Source: Candidatus Nanopelagicaceae bacterium (GTDB taxonomy: Bacteria > Actinomycetota > Actinomycetes > Nanopelagicales > Nanopelagicaceae). Taken from it: a DNA stretch of 24,000 bases. Below, piece by piece: positions 18,197-24,000 of the stretch. The number at the start of each line of letters is the position of its first letter. Position 1 is the stretch's first letter. The notes under the pieces are model-generated. The model was not told the DNA's origin and searched no databases. It was given only the letters and a program-made list of their open reading frames with translations. Where the stretch lies: assembly GCA_009694285.1 (NCBI GenBank), contig SHVK01000001.1, forward strand, positions 113,944 to 137,943. The letters run 5' to 3'. The position numbers and the translations under genes are program-made.

Positions 18197-18961
18197 GTGC
18201 AAGAAAGAGCCCCGCTTAACGGTGGGGCTCTTTCTTATTCCCACGACAGATACTTATACTTACGTTGGTTTGATAGAAGGGAGAAAAGTTTCATAGAACA
18301 TAACCAAGAGCACGCTGGTCATGAATACTTTTCGCAACTCTATGGCGCAACTTCATCAGAAGGTGATCCACAACAAACTATTTTCGATAAGTGGCGCGAC
18401 AAAATGCTGGTAAAGGCATTTAGAAAGTACAGCTATCACAATCTTTCAACTTCAGATGTTCTAGATGTTGGCTGTGGCTACGGCTGGCTGCTCGACGCAT
18501 TTGAGGGCGCGCAAAGTTTGTGCGGAGTGGATATTGCTCACCATGCTGTAGAAGTTGCCGCAAAACGAAAACCAGAAAGATTTTTCAAACAAGGGGATCT
18601 GCATGATCCAAATCCTTTTGAGCAAAAATTTGATTTGATTTTGGCGATCAACATTATTGAACACCTTAGTAATCCTGTTGCTGGCATCGAATCAATAAAA
18701 AATGCGGCAAAACCTGGAGCGATCGTCTTGGTACATATGCCAACAATTAGCAATTGGTTGACTCGATGGGAATACTCAAAACTCTATGATTCAGACCCCA
18801 CCCATATATATCGTCCATCAGGTAAAACAGTTCGCAAATTATTTGAAGCTAATGGGTTTGAAACTTTGCGAGATTCGTATTTGCCACATTTCCCAGCATT
18901 TCTGACCAAGATTTGGCCGATCCACCCAGCTTATTTAGCGGTCTTTAAACGCAATTCGTAA
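18197..18961 (+). CDS. Class I SAM-dependent methyltransferase (start codon uncertain)
   Basis: Motif I VLDVGCGYGWLL, followed by FDLILAINIIEH. The stop is secure. The only canonical upstream start, GTG 18197, abuts the livJ terminator hairpin (see findings). Confidence 0.8.
   Translation: MQERAPLNGGALSYSHDRYLYLRWFDRREKSFIEHNQEHAGHEYFSQLYGATSSEGDPQQTIFDKWRDKMLVKAFRKYSYHNLSTSDVLDVGCGYGWLLDAFEGAQSLCGVDIAHHAVEVAAKRKPERFFKQGDLHDPNPFEQKFDLILAINIIEHLSNPVAGIESIKNAAKPGAIVLVHMPTISNWLTRWEYSKLYDSDPTHIYRPSGKTVRKLFEANGFETLRDSYLPHFPAFLTKIWPIHPAYLAVFKRNS
18201..18239 (+). terminator. Rho-independent terminator downstream of livJ
   Basis: AAGAAAGAGCCCC (18201-18213) pairs perfectly with GGGGCTCTTTCTT (18224-18236) around a 10-nt loop. 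The GC core GAGCCCC/GGGGCTC is followed by TTTCTTATT. The A-tract on the 5' side makes it potentially bidirectional. Confidence 0.8.
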
Positions 18962-18964
18962 AAT

Positions 18965-19714
18965 TTAAGCGTTTGCCGCAAGAGTTCCCAGGTACAACTC
19001 AATTACTTTCGGATCATGAGCGAGAGATTTTCCAGTTCCAGTGTAAGCATTTCTACCTTGGTCGAGGACATATCCACGATCAACAATTTGCAGACAGCGC
19101 CTGGCGTTTTGCTCAACCATAATTACAGTTACTCCAGTGCGATTAATCTCGCGCACTCTGACAAATACCTCATCTTGCAAAGCCGGGGATAAGCCCGCAC
19201 TTGGTTCATCTAACAACAGAACTGATGGGTTCATCATTAATGCCCGGCCCATAGCAACCATCTGGCGTTCACCTCCAGAGAGGGAACCAGCTCTTTGTTT
19301 ACGACGATCGCCAAGGGTTGGAAAGAGAGAGGTAACAAAATCAAACCGTTCATTAAATTGATCAGCGGCTTGATAGGCACCCATTTGCAGGTTCTCTTCA
19401 ATTGTTAGGGATGGGAAAACATTATTTGTCTGTGGCACAAAACCGATTCCTTTTTTAACTAACTCATCGGCACGTTTATTTGTAATCTCTTCTCCACGCA
19501 ACTTCACAAAACCATCTCTTACTTTGACTAGACCGAAGAGTGCCTTCAATAAAGTTGATTTTCCAGCGCCATTTGGACCAATGATGCCTACCAATTCACC
19601 TTCATTTGCGTACAGATCACACCCATTAAGAATATTTATCCCAGGAAGATAACCAGCGATTATGCCGCCAGCTTCAAGTAATAGATCATCACCAGCTAAT
19701 TTTGTAGGTTCCAT
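18965..19714 (-). CDS. livF: Branched-chain amino-acid ABC transporter ATP-binding protein LivF
   Basis: I chose the start at ATG 19712-19714 (MEPTKLAGDDLLLEAG...), 4 nt after the livG stop. The track start at 19822 would overlap livG by about 100 nt. Walker A GPNGAGKST, signature LSGGERQM, Walker B LLLDEPS. Confidence 0.9.
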   Translation of the reverse strand: MEPTKLAGDDLLLEAGGIIAGYLPGINILNGCDLYANEGELVGIIGPNGAGKSTLLKALFGLVKVRDGFVKLRGEEITNKRADELVKKGIGFVPQTNNVFPSLTIEENLQMGAYQAADQFNERFDFVTSLFPTLGDRRKQRAGSLSGGERQMVAMGRALMMNPSVLLLDEPSAGLSPALQDEVFVRVREINRTGVTVIMVEQNARRCLQIVDRGYVLDQGRNAYTGTGKSLAHDPKVIELYLGTLAANA

Positions 19715-19718
19715 TTGG

Positions 19719-20594
19719 CTAGCCTCGATCCTGTTCAAGAGTGGAATCATGATGTGCGCCAAGGTATGCGTCAATGACAGCTTTGTCGCGCATGACGATA
19801 TTTGGTGGACCTTCAGCAACAATTACACCTTGGGCCATAACAATTACCCAGTCACTTATATCTCGCACCATATCCATGTCGTGCTCAACAAATAAAACTG
19901 TCATTCCATCTTCGCGCAAATCCTTAATATGACCAAGAAGTGATTGCTTAAGAGCAGGGTTAACGCCTGCCATTGGTTCATCAAGCATCACCAACTCTGG
20001 CTCAACCATTAACGCTCTGGCCATCTCAAGAAGTTTGCGTTGACCACCAGAGAGGGCAGCAGCAAAATCATCGCGCTTGTCAATCAATTTAAATCTAGTT
20101 AGCAACTCTTCACTTCTTGCAGTTGCCGCTTTCTCCTGCGCATTCCATAGAAAAGGAAGTGCAGCCCGTAAAATAGATTCACCTTTTTGTTTTGTCGCCG
20201 CTAGACGCATATTGTCAATCACAGTTAAACGGTAAAGCGCTTTAGTTAATTGAAAAGTCCGCACCATTCCCATTCGTGCAACTTTATGAGGGGGAGTTCC
20301 CGAGATCTTCACTCCATTAAAACTCCATGAACCTTCATTAACTTGATCAAAGCCGGTCAATAAATTAAAGAAAGTTGTTTTTCCAGCACCATTAGGACCA
20401 ATCAGTGCAGTGATCGCACCTCTTTGAATTTCAAGATGGCTAACATTTACTGCGGTTAAACCACCAAATTTACGTACAACATGGTCGGCAACGATTATTG
20501 GATCAGGCTTGCTTACTCCCGGGGTCGGGGTAATTCCAGCAAGAGCGGCTAAAGCAATATCGCGACGTGAAGTATTTTGACTAGGCGCGGGCAT
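19719..20594 (-). CDS. livG: Branched-chain amino-acid ABC transporter ATP-binding protein LivG
   Basis: 291 aa. FGGLTAVN...GPNGAGKTTFFNLLTG, LSGGQRKLLEMARAL, VMLDEPMAG. 14-nt overlap with livM. Confidence 0.9.
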   Translation of the reverse strand: MPAPSQNTSRRDIALAALAGITPTPGVSKPDPIIVADHVVRKFGGLTAVNVSHLEIQRGAITALIGPNGAGKTTFFNLLTGFDQVNEGSWSFNGVKISGTPPHKVARMGMVRTFQLTKALYRLTVIDNMRLAATKQKGESILRAALPFLWNAQEKAATARSEELLTRFKLIDKRDDFAAALSGGQRKLLEMARALMVEPELVMLDEPMAGVNPALKQSLLGHIKDLREDGMTVLFVEHDMDMVRDISDWVIVMAQGVIVAEGPPNIVMRDKAVIDAYLGAHHDSTLEQDRG

Positions 20595-21576
20595 CTAGAG
20601 CCAACTCCTTTCGGTCACCAAAAATTCCTTGTGGTCTGAAGATCATTAGCATCATCAATCCAAGACCAACCAACATAAAGCGAATCTGCCCTACTTGATT
20701 AACACCAATTAGCCATTCAGGAATGTACCCAGCGCTCACCGCTTGGCGCAACATCTGTTCAATAAAGACGAGCAAAAACCAAAAAATAATTGAACCGGCT
20801 ATTGGCGCAAAGACGCGAGCCGCTCCACCAAGAATCAAAACGGTATAAGCAAAAAAGGTAAGTGCAGTTCCGTAATTATCAGGCTGCACAGATTGACGAG
20901 AAAGAGCATAAACAAAGCCTGCAAAGGAGCCCACAATGCCACCAATAATTAATGATTGCATTTTGTAGAGGTAAACATTTTTACCTAACGAGCGAACTGC
21001 TTCCTCATCTTCGCGGATAGATTTAAGCACCCGTCCCCAAGGAGAGCGAACTAGAAGCCACATCACAAAAAGAACTACGATTACTAATGCCCAGCCAGTC
21101 ACTACGACCCACAGATCGTTGCCGTTATAACGCAGGAATGGGGTATTTAGTCCACTTTTAAAGGGATTTAGAGCAAAGAAATCTTTTCCAAATTTTCCAG
21201 TAATTCCATCTGAACCACCAAGATATTTATTGAATGTAGCCGAGCGTGCAATCTGCCTAATAATTTCAGCAGCCGCAATGGTAACAATCGCTAAATAATC
21301 CGCACGTAATCTTAAAGTCGGCAAACCAAGTAGTAGAGCAAGGATCACTGAGTTAAGTATTCCAGCTAATAGAGCAGCCCAAAGTGGAAAATTAAAGGAG
21401 ACTACAAGAGTGGCAACGCTGTAAGCACCAACTGCTAGAAATCCGGCTTGGCCGAAGTTAAGTAATCCGGTATATCCAAAATGCATATTTAAACCAATTG
21501 CCGCCAGTGCAAAAATTATTGTATTAACTCCTAATGCCGCACTAAATGATTGTTGCGCGATAAATATAAAATCCAT
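20581..21576 (-). CDS. livM: Branched-chain amino-acid ABC transporter permease LivM
   Basis: 331 aa, polytopic. LGLNMHFGYTGLLNFGQAGFLAVGAY is typical of LivM. The start overlaps the livH stop (TAATG). Confidence 0.88.
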   Translation of the reverse strand: MDFIFIAQQSFSAALGVNTIIFALAAIGLNMHFGYTGLLNFGQAGFLAVGAYSVATLVVSFNFPLWAALLAGILNSVILALLLGLPTLRLRADYLAIVTIAAAEIIRQIARSATFNKYLGGSDGITGKFGKDFFALNPFKSGLNTPFLRYNGNDLWVVVTGWALVIVVLFVMWLLVRSPWGRVLKSIREDEEAVRSLGKNVYLYKMQSLIIGGIVGSFAGFVYALSRQSVQPDNYGTALTFFAYTVLILGGAARVFAPIAGSIIFWFLLVFIEQMLRQAVSAGYIPEWLIGVNQVGQIRFMLVGLGLMMLMIFRPQGIFGDRKELALDARA

Positions 21577-22865
21577 TATCCAACCCGCTCTTTCCGGCCG
21601 AGGATGCCTTGCGGGCGAACTAATAAAATTATGATCAAAATTAACAGTGCACCAACATATTTAAGTTCTGTTGGAATAATTAAAGTTGAAAGTTGAATCA
21701 ACACGCCAATAACCAGAGAGCCAACTAGCGCTCCATATGCAGTTCCTAACCCACCAAGAGTTACTGCTGCAAAAATCAGCAACAACATATCCTGACCCAT
21801 CAAGAAACTGACACCTTGATTTAAGGTGACCATGATTCCGGCAAAACCCGCCAAGAATGCACCTAAAATCCAAACAGATCTAATTACTGCTTCAACTTCA
21901 ATTCCAGAGGCAGCAGCAAGGGCGGGATTATCGGCAACTGCTCGACTTGCTTTACCCATTTTGCTGCGCAATAGCCAAAGTGTGGCGCCAATAAGCAAAA
22001 GTAATCCAACAGATGTGCTCATGATTGATTTAGGGGTGATGCTGACTAGCCCAATTTCTAGCCCTGCTTGTCCAGCAAATTGAGGTAATTGTCTGGTGTC
22101 TCCACTAAATATAAATAGGAAAACATATCTGACAAAAATTGCAAATCCGATTGACACAACAAGCATTGCGATCAAGCCAGTGCCACGTTTTCGCAACGGT
22201 TTCCAGAGTAATCGATCCTGTAAATAACCGCCGATGAGCGCAGAGAGTGCAACCGCTACAGGAATCGCAGCAAAAACTGGCAATCCAGCAACAGCGCTAA
22301 AGAAGTAAGTAAGCAATCCACCAAGAGTTAAAAGTTCACCATGTGCAAAGTTGGTTAATCCAGTTGTTCCAAATACTAAATTTAAACCAAGTGCAGCGAG
22401 TGCAATAATGATGCCAAGAATCAATCCGTCGGCAAGTAATTGCGCCGATTGATCAAGGATGGGAGTTTTTTCGGTGCCTGGTCCGATCGGAAATAAAACT
22501 GTGAGAGTGGTACCGAGCATTAATACATTTATTTTGCGCGTTGCTTTTGTTACATCAGTTAATGCTTGTCCACTGGGCAGCGATGTTTGATCAAGAGTGA
22601 CGTCATAGATTCCGGTTGAAGTGACTTTGACTTGCCATTTACCCATTTGATCAGAGGTAAGTTGTGTTGCAAAACCATTTGGTCCGGTCAGCTTGATCCT
22701 CACCCCTGGTAATGGAGTTGAAGTTGAATCTTTAATCTCGCCGGCAAGAATTGATGATGTGCCGGCGGCAAGTGCCGACCCTGAAATTGAAAATGAGCTA
22801 ATTAGGAAAAAGCCAGCCAATCCAAGTGCAATCTTGCGCATCAATTGAGCCTTTCCCATCTTCAC
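21576..22865 (-). CDS. livH: Branched-chain amino-acid ABC transporter permease LivH with an extra N-terminal signal peptide and beta-sandwich-like domain
   Basis: 429 aa. The core from about residue 140 (LILGIIIALAALGLNLVFGTTGLTNFAHGELLTLGG) is LivH-like. Residues 1-35 form a signal/anchor sequence. Residues 36-135 carry PLPGVRIKLTGPNGFATQLTSDQMGKWQVKVTSTGIYDVTLD. Confidence 0.88.
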   Translation of the reverse strand: MKMGKAQLMRKIALGLAGFFLISSFSISGSALAAGTSSILAGEIKDSTSTPLPGVRIKLTGPNGFATQLTSDQMGKWQVKVTSTGIYDVTLDQTSLPSGQALTDVTKATRKINVLMLGTTLTVLFPIGPGTEKTPILDQSAQLLADGLILGIIIALAALGLNLVFGTTGLTNFAHGELLTLGGLLTYFFSAVAGLPVFAAIPVAVALSALIGGYLQDRLLWKPLRKRGTGLIAMLVVSIGFAIFVRYVFLFIFSGDTRQLPQFAGQAGLEIGLVSITPKSIMSTSVGLLLLIGATLWLLRSKMGKASRAVADNPALAAASGIEVEAVIRSVWILGAFLAGFAGIMVTLNQGVSFLMGQDMLLLIFAAVTLGGLGTAYGALVGSLVIGVLIQLSTLIIPTELKYVGALLILIIILLVRPQGILGRKERVG

Positions 22866-22920
22866 TCATTCCCTTTAATTTGATTGGTAGCGTACACAGA
22901 GAAGTGCAAAATAGTCTGGT

Positions 22921-23379
22921 CTAATTCTCCTTTTTCGGCTCCGGCTTTTCCGATTTAGCATCACTTAAAATTAAACAGGTAATCCGTGCGGTGCAGGTCC
23001 GCACCCCTTCCTCATCGGTGATTACAACTTCATAGCTAGCCAAAGTCCGGCCTAGAGATATTGCGGTGGCGACCCCGGTAACAATTCCACTTTTGGCGGC
23101 ACGATGATGGGTCGCACTTACTTCGATTCCAACAATGCGGCGATCGAGGCCGGCATGTAGGTGAGCGCCAATTGATCCCAAGCTCTCAGCCAGGACCACA
23201 TTGGCGCCGCCATGCAACAACCCAAAGGGTTGCGTATTTCCACTTACCGGCATAGTGCCGACCATTCTCTGGGCGGAGGCTGCAATGATTTCAATACCCA
23301 TTTTTTGATCCAAGGCTCCGCGGCCACGCTCATTTAAAGCAGCCAAATTTTCATTACTTAATTTGTTAAGTGCGCTCAT
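22921..23379 (-). CDS. PaaI-family hotdog-fold acyl-CoA thioesterase
   Basis: 152 aa. MGIEII...PFGLLHGGANVVLAESLGS is typical of the PaaI/DHNA-CoA thioesterase family. Lys/Glu/Pro-rich C-terminal tail. Confidence 0.82.
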   Translation of the reverse strand: MSALNKLSNENLAALNERGRGALDQKMGIEIIAASAQRMVGTMPVSGNTQPFGLLHGGANVVLAESLGSIGAHLHAGLDRRIVGIEVSATHHRAAKSGIVTGVATAISLGRTLASYEVVITDEEGVRTCTARITCLILSDAKSEKPEPKKEN

Positions 23380-23414
23380 CTGCTTATCCTACGCGCTCAA
23401 CCTAGGATTCAGTT

Positions 23415-24000
23415 ATGGGGAAATCCAACTCACCGAGTGAGCGGCGGCTGCTTTTGCTTGATGGCCACTCAATGGCATATCGGGCATTTCATGCTTTGCC
23501 GGTAGAAAACTTCAAAACTACATCAGGTTTTCCAACAAACGCTGCATATGGATTCACCACTATGTTGCTCAACTTATTGCGAGATGTTGCACCAACTCAC
23601 ATTGCGGTTGCATTTGATGTATCGCGAAAAACTTTTCGCTCGGAACGTTTCCCAGAGTACAAAGCGAATCGTGCAAAAACTCCAGATGAGTTTAGATCTC
23701 AGATGCCGGAAATTTTTGCAGTTGTGGATGCCTTAGGGATTAAAAGAATTCAGAAAGAAGGTTTTGAGGCCGATGACCTTATTGCGACCTTAGCAACCAA
23801 TGCCGTAGCAAAACAATTTGAAGTAGAAATTTGTTCGGGAGATCGTGACACATTTCAATTAGTGACAGATCACATCACAGTTCTATATCCGAAAAAGGGT
23901 GTCAGCGAATTAGCCAGAATGACTCCTGAAGCTGTCTTTGAAAAGTATGGTTTAACTCCTAAACAGTATCCAGATTTTGCAGCATTGCGTGGAGATCCAA
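23415..24000 (+). CDS. polA: DNA polymerase I, N-terminal 5'-3' exonuclease domain (3' end outside the window)
   Basis: Hand-translated; absent from the ORF track because no stop falls within the window. MGKSNSPSERRLLLLDGHSMAYRAFHALP...FEADDLIATLA...SGDRDTFQLV...FAALRGDP. Confidence 0.93.
   Translation, partial: MGKSNSPSERRLLLLDGHSMAYRAFHALPVENFKTTSGFPTNAAYGFTTMLLNLLRDVAPTHIAVAFDVSRKTFRSERFPEYKANRAKTPDEFRSQMPEIFAVVDALGIKRIQKEGFEADDLIATLATNAVAKQFEVEICSGDRDTFQLVTDHITVLYPKKGVSELARMTPEAVFEKYGLTPKQYPDFAALRGDP

Noticed and set aside
19715-19822. Upstream start for livF given in the ORF track (MLLKVHQISS...)
   Set aside because: It would overlap the 3' end of livG by about 100 nt. ATG 19712-19714 lies 4 nt after the livG stop and gives a normal-length LivF.
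23548-23736. 62-aa plus-strand ORF inside the polA region
   Set aside because: It is out of frame with the clearly recognisable 5'-3' exonuclease domain, which starts at 23415.

Overview
Gene-dense segment of an actinobacterial chromosome: about 25 genes with short or overlapping junctions. GC looks mid-40s % by eye (not computed). A PdtaR-type ANTAR regulator, a lipoprotein LivJ, and the order gltBD-pyk...pdtaR-liv...polA point to Actinobacteria. The rhodopsin resembles the Lake Kinneret clone 48C12, which suggests a freshwater planktonic lineage (acI/Nanopelagicales-like; inference). Order of content: VIT1/CCC1 transporter (5'-truncated by the window), a 9-bp tandem repeat, gltB, gltD, pyk, a Cys-rich secreted protein, an SDR, two small membrane ORFs, a DUF2256-like mini-ORF coupled to an Fe-S (6-4) photolyase, a divergent SIS sugar isomerase/ROK kinase pair, a heliorhodopsin, a tRNA (anticodon CAA), a PdtaR-like regulator, livJ with a terminator, a SAM methyltransferase, livHMGF on the opposite strand, a PaaI thioesterase, and the start of polA. 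Headline: 15197-15964 (-) encodes a heliorhodopsin, a 7-TM retinal protein with inverted membrane topology. The family was first described in 2018 and its physiological role is still unresolved. It lies 2.4 kb from an Fe-S (6-4) photolyase, directly downstream of a tRNA, and among nitrogen-assimilation genes (GOGAT, ANTAR regulator, Liv transporter). I found no CRISPR array, transposase, integrase or rRNA.
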